Source: an uncultured virus (IMG/VR IMGVR_UViG_3300031851_000011) (Duplodnaviria > Heunggongvirae > Uroviricota > Caudoviricetes). Taken from it: a stretch of DNA of 64,000 nucleotides. This document shows positions 1-9,071 of the stretch, in pieces; the first letter of the stretch is position 1; each line of letters opens with the position of its first letter. The translations under genes were made by a program, and so were the position numbers. The notes under the pieces were generated by a model. It saw only the letters and a list, made by a program, of their open reading frames with translations, did no database searches and was not told where the DNA came from. Location: IMG/VR virus record IMGVR_UViG_3300031851_000011. One strand, given 5' to 3'.

Positions 1-42
1 ACAGCCCATAAGAAACTCTTTATCTTCCTTGTTTATTTCCAT
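1..42 (-). CDS. 5' end of a gene running off the window
   Basis: ATG at 42-40 downstream of a TTGACT (72-77) promoter-like element. Confidence 0.45.
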   Translation of the reverse strand, partial: MEINKEDKEFLMGC

Positions 43-123
43 GCTCTTATTATTATCCATTATTACCACAAAGTCAACTTAAAACGCCGTTATTTGGCTA
101 AATTTTGTTTAATGTGCGCCGAA

Positions 124-636
124 TCAAGGCAATTTAGCTTCCCCTGCATGAACCTCCCTATGACAATTAGCACACAGAACAACGCATTTTTTTATTTCTT
201 TTTCAATATGTTTAAAATTAGATAGTCTGCGCACAGAGGAAGTCTTCTGGCTGGGGTCTATATGATGGAAATCAAGCGCGGCAAGACATTTCTTATAACC
301 ACAAATCACACAACCATCTTTTTTAAATTCGTTTATAAAATCAAGCTTCTTGGCTGTCCATTTCTTTTGTGCTTTTATTTGGTGGTCGCGCTGATCTTGT
401 GATTTGGCATAATAACGCAATTGCGACCAACCCGTTTGCCTTATTAATTCTTCTGTTGACAAATGTGAATAAACCTTTATTAATAACTTGGCTATTTGAT
501 GTTTAGGATAATCTCCCGACAAGGATAAAAAATATTCCAATGCTTCTGGAAGATTTATATTTTGATTATCTGCTGTTGTATTAATTGATGCCTCGGTTGA
601 TGCCAAAGCCCATAGTTGTGATTCGTTTGTGTTCAT
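124..636 (-). CDS. HNH endonuclease with N-terminal extension
   Basis: CVICG..ALDFHHIDP..CVVLCANCHREVH; GTGTAA motif 8 nt upstream of ATG. Confidence 0.85.
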   Translation of the reverse strand: MNTNESQLWALASTEASINTTADNQNINLPEALEYFLSLSGDYPKHQIAKLLIKVYSHLSTEELIRQTGWSQLRYYAKSQDQRDHQIKAQKKWTAKKLDFINEFKKDGCVICGYKKCLAALDFHHIDPSQKTSSVRRLSNFKHIEKEIKKCVVLCANCHREVHAGEAKLP

Positions 637-1402
637 ATTATCTTTTACACCTGAAAGAGATAAGTGTTTCGGTTAAAACACATGGCGAAAAAGAGACAAA
701 AACAGATAAAATTTAAAAAAATTCTATAAAACTTATAAAAACTATAAAACTTTTGTTGTTTATACTACGCTTTTTTAAAAACTTAACACTTATTTGCAAA
801 ATATATCAACAACCCGCCATCAAAATAACCAAAAATCCCAAACCCACAACACCAAACACAAGAAAAATACAAAACATATCACAAAACAAACCCAATCATG
901 CCACCCTCGCAACATATCAACACTCTCAATGCAATACAAAATAACATATAGAAATATATAAAGTATCGTAAAGTTGACTGCCACAAAAAATGAGCTTTCC
1001 ATTGTTTTATAAGGGTTATTAGGGTTGACTTGTATTCAATTATAGAGTATAATGTGTTTTTATTTGTATTTTTATCGCGCCGCGCAGACCCTAACAAATA
1101 AACAAAAACCAAATAAAACTAAATAAACCAATAAATATTGATGATAAACGCCTATACTATTCTTGTCTATCTACTCTATTATATCTCTACTGTATTCTTC
1201 TTTATTTCTCTTGTGTTTAAAGGGGGTATAGGTTATTTAAAGTTATTTAAAAACAATTAAAATAGTCTTTATTTATTTCTATAATCTTACTACCTATACC
1301 CTCTCTATTTGGTCATATTGTCTTTCCTATATTTCTCTAACATTAAATACTTAAAAAAGTCAAGTAAACATGCAAGTAATAAGGAAAAGTATATTTAATA
1401 TA

Positions 1403-1609
1403 TTACTTACGAATTACCTTTAAATTAATTACTTCTTCTTCTAAGCCGCATTGATGACGGGCGATTATCTTTCCGCCGCTTTGACGGTTGTTAATCCTTG
1501 CCATATCAAAGGATGAGGTATCATTCGGGCGGTCAAGATCAGTAGAGTAACTACCTACCCAGCGATCTTTTTTGTCATAAACGTCATAGCGTATTATTTT
1601 TGTTTTCAT
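1403..1609 (-). CDS. hypothetical protein
   Basis: 68 aa ORF co-oriented at the end of the operon. Confidence 0.6.
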   Translation of the reverse strand: MKTKIIRYDVYDKKDRWVGSYSTDLDRPNDTSSFDMARINNRQSGGKIIARHQCGLEEEVINLKVIRK

Positions 1610-1637
1610 AAATTATAATGATTTGTTTTAAATTGTT

Positions 1638-2702
1638 TTAAATTGTTTTAAATTGGAATGAATTAATCTTATTGATAAACCAAGGTCTTGCTGTATTAGC
1701 TACCTCTGAACCAATATCTTTTTTGCATAAATTGTTGTGAGCCAAGGCATCACCCTCTTCGGAAATAATATCCTTAAAAATCCAACCCATTAATTCTCCT
1801 ATTTGTTTTGTTGTCATATTACCCTCACCGTATTCTTGTTCGATTACTCCCCAGCATTGCTCTAGGCGATCTTCTGTGACAACTTGTTTAACAAAATCTT
1901 TAATGTTGGCGGCTTTAATTGGATCAACGGAAGGTCTTTTAGAACCGCCGTGAGCAGAATGTTTTTCTCCCTTCGATTTAAACGAAGAATTGAATGGATG
2001 TCTATTTGAAAAAACAACGCCTTCACCAAGAAACACATCCCTATCAACGCATTTTTCTGGACACTCAGCTTCAAGCATGGCTTTAGCAACTGGACAACAC
2101 TTTTCTACTTCATCTATAATATTGTTTATTTCTTTGATTGCTAGTTCTGGATGATTAAGATCAACTGTTACCTCGTATTGTTTATAGTCTCTAATGTTAT
2201 AACACTTGTTAGAATGATCTCTAAATTCATCCAAATCACAGGGATCTAGGTAACATCCTTTTTCTGGACTAAAAGCCTCAAAAACAACAAATCTTTTAGA
2301 CAGTTCTGAAATGGCGACATTCTTCTGTATGCCTTCTCCTACCCATTCACCAAATACAACAACTTCAGTGATACCTGCTTTTTCGCATACTTTCCTGCAT
2401 GAATATTTATAAAAGTCTTGAAACGCCCGAATATATTCCGTGAAACCGAAATGTCCAAAATCTTGGGTTAAATAAGATGTTCTTTTTTGAGGAGTTATTT
2501 CGTTTGTGACAAAGTCGTAATGAATTCCAGCATTTGTCCCATGTAATTTAACAGTTCCTTTGAAAACAACGGTGGGCAAACATCTTGTTTCATCGTAAAT
2601 AGATTCGCCGTTTTCATCTTTACCAACGTATTGACTCTGCGATTTAATTGATACAATTGAATCTTTGAATTGACCTATTTTTTTAAATTTTTTAAATTTC
2701 AT
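1638..2702 (-). CDS. Rnl2-family ATP-dependent RNA ligase
   Basis: Motif I KLHGTN, VFGEWVG, FVVFE, GEGVVF, FKSKGEKH; C-terminal VTEDRL helix as in Rnl2. Confidence 0.85.
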   Translation of the reverse strand: MKFKKFKKIGQFKDSIVSIKSQSQYVGKDENGESIYDETRCLPTVVFKGTVKLHGTNAGIHYDFVTNEITPQKRTSYLTQDFGHFGFTEYIRAFQDFYKYSCRKVCEKAGITEVVVFGEWVGEGIQKNVAISELSKRFVVFEAFSPEKGCYLDPCDLDEFRDHSNKCYNIRDYKQYEVTVDLNHPELAIKEINNIIDEVEKCCPVAKAMLEAECPEKCVDRDVFLGEGVVFSNRHPFNSSFKSKGEKHSAHGGSKRPSVDPIKAANIKDFVKQVVTEDRLEQCWGVIEQEYGEGNMTTKQIGELMGWIFKDIISEEGDALAHNNLCKKDIGSEVANTARPWFINKINSFQFKTI

Positions 2703-3241
2703 ATTCTTTTATCTATTATTGGGGTAAGCAATAAGTCTGATTCATATACGCAGACCTTAGATGCCTTTAGGGATTCTTTCTTCGGCTCTTTAAAAGTAAC
2801 AAGTTTTGATTGTTTTATATACAGCCCATTATTCCAATCTTCTGTCATAACAACTAAACATAAATAATCATCAGAATGTTTTTCGGTTGTTATCTTGTCT
2901 TGCTTTTGGAATACCCATGAGACGGGGAATCTTGGATTTACAAAATGACTTTTAACATGGAGATTAACACCATCACTCACCAAATCAGCATCAAAACTTT
3001 TATGGTGTTTATTGTATATTTCAAGATCGGGCATTGATACACTCTTTCCTCTACTAACCAAGTAATTATAAACCATGTATTCCGCCACTTTACCCCTGTA
3101 TATGTCTAACTTGATTTTTTCAAGGTCGATCTGGTTTCGTCTTGCATATTCATCGGCAGAAGATCCAGCAGAATAATCGGCAAAAAGCTGACATCTTTTT
3201 AATGTATAAGAATCGGGCTTTTCTAATTTAATCTGTTTCAT
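2699..3241 (-). CDS. hypothetical, PD-(D/E)XK nuclease-like
   Basis: GKVAEYMV..PDLEIY..DADL..LHVKS pattern. Confidence 0.45.
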   Translation of the reverse strand: MKQIKLEKPDSYTLKRCQLFADYSAGSSADEYARRNQIDLEKIKLDIYRGKVAEYMVYNYLVSRGKSVSMPDLEIYNKHHKSFDADLVSDGVNLHVKSHFVNPRFPVSWVFQKQDKITTEKHSDDYLCLVVMTEDWNNGLYIKQSKLVTFKEPKKESLKASKVCVYESDLLLTPIIDKRI

Positions 3242-3277
3242 AAAGGTAGGGGAAAGTAGCGAAATACTACAAAAAGG

Positions 3278-3526
3278 TCAATCACTAAGTTTCATTGTAA
3301 CCGTAGGCGAGGTAGTAGCACTAGGTTGAGCTTGAATGACGCGCTTTGTGTCAACGACTTCAATATTCATACTCTCAAGCCAAACCCTACTAACGGGGAT
3401 GCATTGATGTTCGCCAATAAAATCCTTGAGTTGACTCATGGTTAAATTGGTAAAACTTTTACCACCTTTGGGACGACCTCGACCGCGTTTCTGTTGTTTC
3501 TCTATCATGTTTTTCATTTGTTGCAT
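3278..3526 (-). CDS. small AT-hook DNA-binding protein
   Basis: KRGRGRPKGG motif; start uncertain (3526 or 3508). Confidence 0.6.
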   Translation of the reverse strand: MQQMKNMIEKQQKRGRGRPKGGKSFTNLTMSQLKDFIGEHQCIPVSRVWLESMNIEVVDTKRVIQAQPSATTSPTVTMKLSD

Positions 3527-3548
3527 GTTAATTAAATATATACGAATA

Positions 3549-3749
3549 CTATCCAAGACGCGACAAGCAAGACTTCTGTTGAGGATTAACAGCGACAAGG
3601 CTTTCATCTTCCTCTATAATATCAGCTTTACGAAACAGGTCATCAAAAATGTGTGGTCTTGAACCCAAATCACAAGTAACAGTTTCGTAACGCTCGCCTC
3701 CTATTTCAATTGCGATAACCATTGTATCGTCTTCGTTGTTGTCGTTCAT
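3549..3749 (-). CDS. acidic hypothetical protein
   Basis: ATG 3749 lies 7 nt after a TTGACT-N17-TAAAAT promoter. Confidence 0.6.
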   Translation of the reverse strand: MNDNNEDDTMVIAIEIGGERYETVTCDLGSRPHIFDDLFRKADIIEEDESLVAVNPQQKSCLSRLG

Positions 3750-3756
3750 GGGTATT

Positions 3757-3785
3757 ATTTTAGTAGCTTTTGATGTTTTAGTCAA
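3757..3785 (-). promoter_or_regulatory. sigma70-type promoter
   Basis: TTGACT-N17-TAAAAT. Confidence 0.7.
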
Positions 3786-3799
3786 TAGTAAAATTGATT

Positions 3800-4483
3800 T
3801 TATATTAAAATTAATTCATTTATATCTAAAATTCGACTTTCACAACCATGCTCTTTAGGACTGTTGAGGATTGCCGAAATGTGAAAATGCCCACAGTAAT
3901 GTTTATTTGGTTGACAATGGTCGATTAAAAGATCATGATCTTTACGCTCTTTAACTAAATCGTCCCAAAGAGATTCATCTTTATTTAAATAAGTTTCGAT
4001 AAAACATTTCCGAGCGTTAAAAAGATAAGAGGGTGCAGAATGCGTGATAAGAACATCGCACTTCTCCGCTAAAAACAAGTCTAGGTTAAAAATTTCATCA
4101 CGCCACCAACTTACATCTTCAAGTCGATGGACGCGATCAATACTTACAGCACCCCCAACGAATTGAAACTTACGACCAAAAATGTTTTTTACGGTATAAT
4201 CCTTTAAGAAGCTCATGTTAGAAAAATTATAATCACCTTGAAAGTATTCGGGGTCATCGTGATTTCCTCTGATGCCCATGAACTCTATATTACGATCCTT
4301 CAATAATTCATTAACAGAAGAAAGTTTTTCTTGTTGTTTATAAAACGTTCCAAATCCAATACCGATGTCACCGACCGATATAATAACGCAATCGCGCAAA
4401 TCAAAAGTTTTTATATTTTGAATGGTATGTTTCCATTCGCCATGTATATCCCCTAATGCATATATTGAGTTATTATTTGTCAT
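3800..4483 (-). CDS. calcineurin-like metallophosphoesterase
   Basis: GDIHG, VGDIG, RGNHD, ITHSAP, CGHFH motifs. Confidence 0.9.
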   Translation of the reverse strand: MTNNNSIYALGDIHGEWKHTIQNIKTFDLRDCVIISVGDIGIGFGTFYKQQEKLSSVNELLKDRNIEFMGIRGNHDDPEYFQGDYNFSNMSFLKDYTVKNIFGRKFQFVGGAVSIDRVHRLEDVSWWRDEIFNLDLFLAEKCDVLITHSAPSYLFNARKCFIETYLNKDESLWDDLVKERKDHDLLIDHCQPNKHYCGHFHISAILNSPKEHGCESRILDINELILI

Positions 4484-4506
4484 AGAATTATAGAATTTGT
4501 TTTAGT

Positions 4507-4638
4507 TTATCTACCTTGACCCCTGTATTTCTTTTTATACAGCTTTGAGCTTTTCAGATTAGAAGTTTTTGTTTTGGCGTGAATGCCTTTATTTTTTATC
4601 TTTTTAGTTTTTTCTTTTGATGTTGTTTGTTTTTTCAT
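4507..4638 (-). CDS. 43 aa basic protein ending KKYRGQGR (below ORF track cutoff)
   Basis: Manual translation MKKQTTSKEKTKKIKNKGIHAKTKTSNLKSSKLYKKKYRGQGR; fills the gap in the operon. Confidence 0.7.
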   Translation of the reverse strand: MKKQTTSKEKTKKIKNKGIHAKTKTSNLKSSKLYKKKYRGQGR

Positions 4639-4641
4639 AAA

Positions 4642-4974
4642 TTACTTTGTTTGCTCATATGGAGCAGTTAAATCTTTTTTGGAGAAAAGTCTGTTGTATT
4701 GATGCCATTTATTAAAATGATCATGAAGGGTTGATATTTGTTTCACATCAAAGTCGTTGTCCATCATCATCAGAGGAAATTGTGTCCCTAAAACACATCC
4801 AGATTCTTGATCTATAACATAACGAATTTTGCCAAAACAAGAAGCGTAAAAATAGTTTTTGGATGTTTCGTAAATAGGAAAGCATTCACCTTCTCTAAAG
4901 GCAACTAAATCACGACAAAGAGTTGCATTGTCTTTGTCGTGATCAGATACCATAACCTGTATAGTTTTTTTCAT
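4642..4974 (-). CDS. hypothetical protein
   Basis: ATG 4974 abuts stop of upstream gene. Confidence 0.6.
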   Translation of the reverse strand: MKKTIQVMVSDHDKDNATLCRDLVAFREGECFPIYETSKNYFYASCFGKIRYVIDQESGCVLGTQFPLMMMDNDFDVKQISTLHDHFNKWHQYNRLFSKKDLTAPYEQTK

Positions 4975-4975
4975 T

Positions 4976-5299
4976 TTAGTCTTTGACAAAAACGCCGTCA
5001 ACCATATTACCTGTCCTACCCTTGATTTCGTTATAAGCAAGCAAAAGACAATCGTCAATATCTACTCGGAAAATAGAAGCCAACATAATAAGAGTAACAA
5101 TTGTATCTCCAATCCCGTCCTGAATTTCATCCATAAACTCACTTTTTGGATTGAGTAGATAACTTACCACATTATCTCTTGTCTCAAGAATTTCTTCAAA
5201 TGTCTTGTCTAGTTGTTTTAGTGGATTTGCGTTTTTTCCAAGTATGCCTTTTTCATAGCCCCATTCAATTATATTTAATTTAAGTTCTTCGTGTTCCAT
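4976..5299 (-). CDS. MazG-like NTP pyrophosphohydrolase
   Basis: QLDKTFEEILE..DGIGDTIVTL..AYNEIKGRTGNMVDGVFVKD. Confidence 0.85.
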   Translation of the reverse strand: MEHEELKLNIIEWGYEKGILGKNANPLKQLDKTFEEILETRDNVVSYLLNPKSEFMDEIQDGIGDTIVTLIMLASIFRVDIDDCLLLAYNEIKGRTGNMVDGVFVKD

Positions 5300-5311
5300 G
5301 GAATTGATTAT

Positions 5312-5851
5312 TCATGCTTTGATGGTTTTGTCAATAGGTTTATACCAATTAGGCGCAGTATTTAATCGCCAATTAGCAAATCGAGATTTGTCATGGTTGT
5401 AATATTCCCTGTATTTCTCCACGGCAGACAAAGAATCAAAATTAGGGAGACTGCGACAAAGACTATCGTCGGAAATGGCAATGGCAAAATCTGTTAGTTC
5501 TCCCATAGGGATCAAATTACTAAGACGAGCTAATTGCATGATCTTAGGCTCACAAGAATGAACTTTACCATACCTCTCTGTATATTCGGCACAAAGAGAA
5601 ATACCCAACTCGCACAGCCATAAGAAGTTTTTGCGAGTATCGCCACACCAGACGGTGCAGGGGTGATAATGATAACCACCACGGTAAGGCTTGCCAGAGG
5701 CTGTCAGCGGCATCTGAGAGGGCAACGCGCCGTGACGAATAACAGCAGAGCCAAGCATTTGAGCAGTCTCTAAGATCATTTTCACACAATGCTTGTCACA
5801 ATGATAGGAGGCGGCGATCATGGGCGATTCATCTAAAATAAAAATATTCAT
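5312..5851 (-). CDS. pyrimidine-dimer DNA glycosylase-like (DenV/Pyr_excise family)
   Basis: MNIFILD..HCDKHCVKMILETAQML, HPCTVW, EYTERYGKVH, YREYY. Confidence 0.8.
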   Translation of the reverse strand: MNIFILDESPMIAASYHCDKHCVKMILETAQMLGSAVIRHGALPSQMPLTASGKPYRGGYHYHPCTVWCGDTRKNFLWLCELGISLCAEYTERYGKVHSCEPKIMQLARLSNLIPMGELTDFAIAISDDSLCRSLPNFDSLSAVEKYREYYNHDKSRFANWRLNTAPNWYKPIDKTIKA

Positions 5852-5882
5852 ATCTAGTATTTAATTTAAAATGAACAAAAAA

Positions 5883-6827
5883 TCAAGCACAAACAAAAAG
5901 TTCTTTAGCAAACTTTCTACCCTTTTCTGTCATCTTACGCTTACCATCTAATTCAATAAGACCTTTTCTGATCAAAATGGTTTCGTATTCTTTTTGGATA
6001 ACAGAACGCTCAAAACCTGTGACACAAGCAAGGTTACCTAAAGTCATACCCTTATTATTCTCACTCAAAGCCTTGAGGATTAATTTCTCAGAGTGGTTGA
6101 TTCCGTATTTATGCACACCCATAATAGAACAAAAGTTATCCCAATAAGATTGAGTGATATGCTGGCAGTTTTTCGCCGCAACATAAGTATTGATGTCGAG
6201 AGCTTTAACCACAGCATCACGAGGGTTGCCACGAAAAGTTTCTTTGATGGAATTTCTAACAGCATAATCAACCGTAACATTATCAAGATTGTTTATAAAG
6301 ATGTCATAAAGCTCGTCGTAACTATATTCCTCAAAACAAATGTCTCTTAACCTGTCACGCAAAGGTTCTGCTAATTTTTGTTGGTCGGTTGTAGCCATGA
6401 CTGCACTAATTTTGCGAAAATCAAAGTTGTAAACACCGTCTTCAAACTCAACAGTCCTAACAGGATCATCTTTAACATCAAAAATACTAAGGAAGATTTG
6501 TTGCAATGATTTAGGCAAGTTGTGAACCTCGTCAAGAAAGAGCATAGCACCCGATTCTACCCATGTTGGATAAACTTGTTCAAAAAACGCCGCGCTATTA
6601 CTAATAGTGCTAGCATTAACCTCAAATATCTTGGGTGTAGTCCCATCACTACGACGAAGACCCTTGCGGAAAGTTCTAACAAAGAAGCTTTTGCCCCCTC
6701 CCTTACTAGTAACAAGATTTAAAAACGGAAGCCTGTCTGTTTTCTTGTATGCGTCTATATAAAGGCTAAGTGTCTGCTTGACGCTGTTCTGCCCGATTGC
6801 TTGATCAAATGTAGAATTAATGTTCAC
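5883..6827 (-). CDS. ruvB: RuvB-like Holliday junction branch-migration ATPase
   Basis: FDQAIGQ, variant Walker A GGGKS, LFLDEVH, MATT, PLRDRL, RGNPR, C-terminal winged helix. Confidence 0.8.
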   Translation of the reverse strand: MNINSTFDQAIGQNSVKQTLSLYIDAYKKTDRLPFLNLVTSKGGGKSFFVRTFRKGLRRSDGTTPKIFEVNASTISNSAAFFEQVYPTWVESGAMLFLDEVHNLPKSLQQIFLSIFDVKDDPVRTVEFEDGVYNFDFRKISAVMATTDQQKLAEPLRDRLRDICFEEYSYDELYDIFINNLDNVTVDYAVRNSIKETFRGNPRDAVVKALDINTYVAAKNCQHITQSYWDNFCSIMGVHKYGINHSEKLILKALSENNKGMTLGNLACVTGFERSVIQKEYETILIRKGLIELDGKRKMTEKGRKFAKELFVCA

Positions 6828-6834
6828 GCCAACT

Positions 6835-6862
6835 ATTATAGTGACGATTTAGATTAAGTCAA
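6835..6862 (-). promoter_or_regulatory. sigma70-type promoter of ruvB operon
   Basis: TTGACT-N16-TATAAT, 7 nt before GTG start. Confidence 0.75.
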
Positions 6863-7000
6863 CAAATTAATTTAATTAAAATTGAATTAAAAATATTAAG
6901 GAACAGAACGTTTTTTTGTTGCTTATAAGCATTTTTCACAAAATGAACTCATAAAATGACAATTAAAACAATTTTTAATCATTTTTCAAAAAAAGCCTAG

Positions 7001-7048
7001 AATTACACCCCTTATTTGCAACTTTTGCGTTTAAACTTGGGACTTTTT
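7001..7048. repeat. 48-bp direct repeat, copy 1
   Basis: AATTACACCCCTTATTTGCAACTTTTGCGTTTAAACTTGGGACTTTTT; 47/48 identical to 7752-7799. Confidence 0.95.
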
Positions 7049-7067
7049 AGCGAAAGCACGATGGATC

Positions 7068-7463
7068 TTATTGAGTTCGCTCGTAATATTTCGCTTTATA
7101 TTTTTTGTAGTTTAACCATCCACCCATGCGCACAGCAAGATAAATCACATGTCTAGCTAAAAACCCCACACCATAAGCCTCCATGTAGAAAAGGAAAAGT
7201 TTATCAGCCTGTTTCCTTGTGTATTCATGAGGAAAGTCTGAACGATAACTAGCATCGTGAAGAATACCAGCATAAATATAATGCGGCGACTTTGAAAAAA
7301 TACTTTAAAAAATTTTGGGTATGCTCAGACCATCGGAGAGAAACCCCGCGCTAACAACAAAGCGAGAACCCTTGTGACTGAAAAACACCATTTCTTCCAT
7401 TGACCAGAACATGCGTTCACCACCAATGAAGTCAGTGGATAGTATGTTTCTGGGTAGCGACAT
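7068..7463 (-). pseudogene. DUF1353-like gene with one in-frame TAA at codon 53
   Basis: VSAGFLSDGLSIPKIF*SIFSKSPHYIYAGILHDASY..RKQADKLF..IYLAVRMGG; stop at 7305-7307. Confidence 0.8.
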
Positions 7464-7676
7464 TTATTTTGCCACCTCAATTTTAATTCCATTTTTTTCA
7501 TGAACGGCTTTTGAGGAATCGATTTCCAAATTAGGTTTGCCATCTTCCCCTTCTGTAACTACATATTTAATACCCGTTTTAGGGCTGGTATATGTAGCTT
7601 TAAACCCACAAGATGTTAGGTAAAATGCAAAAAAGGAAATAATGGTTGCAAGAATAATTTTGTTTGTTAGATCCAT
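7464..7676 (-). CDS. putative lipoprotein
   Basis: Hydrophobic signal with lipobox LTSC (start MDLTNK). Confidence 0.6.
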   Translation of the reverse strand: MDLTNKIILATIISFFAFYLTSCGFKATYTSPKTGIKYVVTEGEDGKPNLEIDSSKAVHEKNGIKIEVAK

Positions 7677-7751
7677 TGTTTTATTGTTTGGGTTGAGGGT
7701 TTTGTTTGTAATTTTAATATGTTTGTGCCTAATCAAAGACTGCCTTTATTA

Positions 7752-7799
7752 AATTACACCCCTTATTTGTAACTTTTGCGTTTAAACTTGGGACTTTTT
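7752..7799. repeat. 48-bp direct repeat, copy 2
   Basis: Matches 7001-7048 with one C/T difference. Confidence 0.95.
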
Positions 7800-7801
7800 T
7801 G

Positions 7802-8146
7802 TTACTCAACTGCGTCCAAGGTAACTGTGCCATCTGGATTGATGGTGTAAGTTGGGTTGCTTGCAATAATTTCTGTTATTTCTGCAACCAAATCGTCACG
7901 CTTACCTGTGAGTTGACCAATAATAAAAGCAATAAAATCTTCACTTGCTTTAAAAAGCTCACCTGCATCTGTGCCAAGCGCCGCAATCTTTTCTTCTGCC
8001 GTATAAACTCCATCAGACCAAACAAGATTATAAGTTTGCATCCAATTGTTAACCATTTGCTCTGGAATGCGAGACGCTTGAACTTTGATTCTTTGAGCTA
8101 ATTGTTCTACGTTTGGTTTGATTTTTTGTGCGTTAAAGATTGACAT
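7802..8146 (-). CDS. hypothetical protein
   Basis: 114 aa ORF directly after sulfotransferase. Confidence 0.7.
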   Translation of the reverse strand: MSIFNAQKIKPNVEQLAQRIKVQASRIPEQMVNNWMQTYNLVWSDGVYTAEEKIAALGTDAGELFKASEDFIAFIIGQLTGKRDDLVAEITEIIASNPTYTINPDGTVTLDAVE

Positions 8147-8150
8147 AATT

Positions 8151-8966
8151 TTAATATTTAAATAATTTACTATACCATTTTGCGAAATTTCTGATTTCCT
8201 CTGCGATATCTTCGTTTAGAACATCAGACCAATCTGCATTTTTTGGCTTAGTTATACTTGATTTTACACTATGGTTGCCAAAAATACCAAAATAACTATC
8301 ATTTTCTACGATAGTTTTCTCAATTTTGTTGAAATCGTGTTGATATGTATCTTCACCAATGTATGAATAGAATTTTTGCATTTCTGCGTCAGGGTTGTCG
8401 CACAGGTCTTCGTATCGAATAAAAAGAATTTTGTCGTGGATGCCTCTTTCAAAAAGATCGAGCGTTCTCTGTAAAGCAAGACCAACTGGTTGACTATGCA
8501 ACCAATGATTAACCCTTTGTGATACTGTCATGTTTTCAATTTGGGCGGGATTGTCAATACCTTGTGGGCTGTGGCGATTATTTTCGTAAATACGCTCCAT
8601 GCTTGCAACGATACTACGCAAATCACGAACCAAACAAATCATTTTTGGTTGTTCACCAAGCCATTGTTCCACCCACTCATAATAATGAGTCCAACCGCGA
8701 TTCTTGTCGCACACAATAGGCTTATCTGTAATTGCATCGTAATAACCTTCTGCCATTGATTTGTTCATGCTCAAAAAAGCCTCCTGCATCAGTTTCTCAT
8801 CTTGGCTTTTTACTTCTGGAAGATCATAGTTTGTTCTTGCGCCGAATTGATATTCCAAAAGCGGAGAAGTGACAGAACCGTAAATTCTTGGATTCTGGTT
8901 TAAGACACATTGGAAGAGTTCGCTTCCAGAGCGTGGCATACTAGCATTAAATACAAATTGTTTCAT
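8151..8966 (-). CDS. PAPS-dependent sulfotransferase
   Basis: 5'PSB loop MPRSGS, CDKNR, LVRDLRSIVAS (3'PB), IRYEDLCDNP. Confidence 0.9.
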   Translation of the reverse strand: MKQFVFNASMPRSGSELFQCVLNQNPRIYGSVTSPLLEYQFGARTNYDLPEVKSQDEKLMQEAFLSMNKSMAEGYYDAITDKPIVCDKNRGWTHYYEWVEQWLGEQPKMICLVRDLRSIVASMERIYENNRHSPQGIDNPAQIENMTVSQRVNHWLHSQPVGLALQRTLDLFERGIHDKILFIRYEDLCDNPDAEMQKFYSYIGEDTYQHDFNKIEKTIVENDSYFGIFGNHSVKSSITKPKNADWSDVLNEDIAEEIRNFAKWYSKLFKY

Positions 8967-8972
8967 TACTAT

Positions 8973-9001
8973 AATATATATTATTAATCACAAAAAATCA
9001 A
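8973..9001 (-). promoter_or_regulatory. sigma70-type promoter
   Basis: TTGATT-N17-TATATT, 6 nt before ATG. Confidence 0.55.
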
Positions 9002-9071
9002 TAAAAAAAATATATTTGTGGAGTGCTGAATATTATTATTTTGATTACCCACAATGTTTTGGTTAAAAAAA

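Noticed and set aside
753..1112. Short ORFs 753-944, 820-1002, 879-1112
   Set aside because: Low complexity, non-ATG starts, mutually overlapping in a skewed region
7305..7307. Stop-codon reassignment
   Set aside because: TAA, TAG and TGA all end conserved genes at expected positions; this is an isolated internal stop
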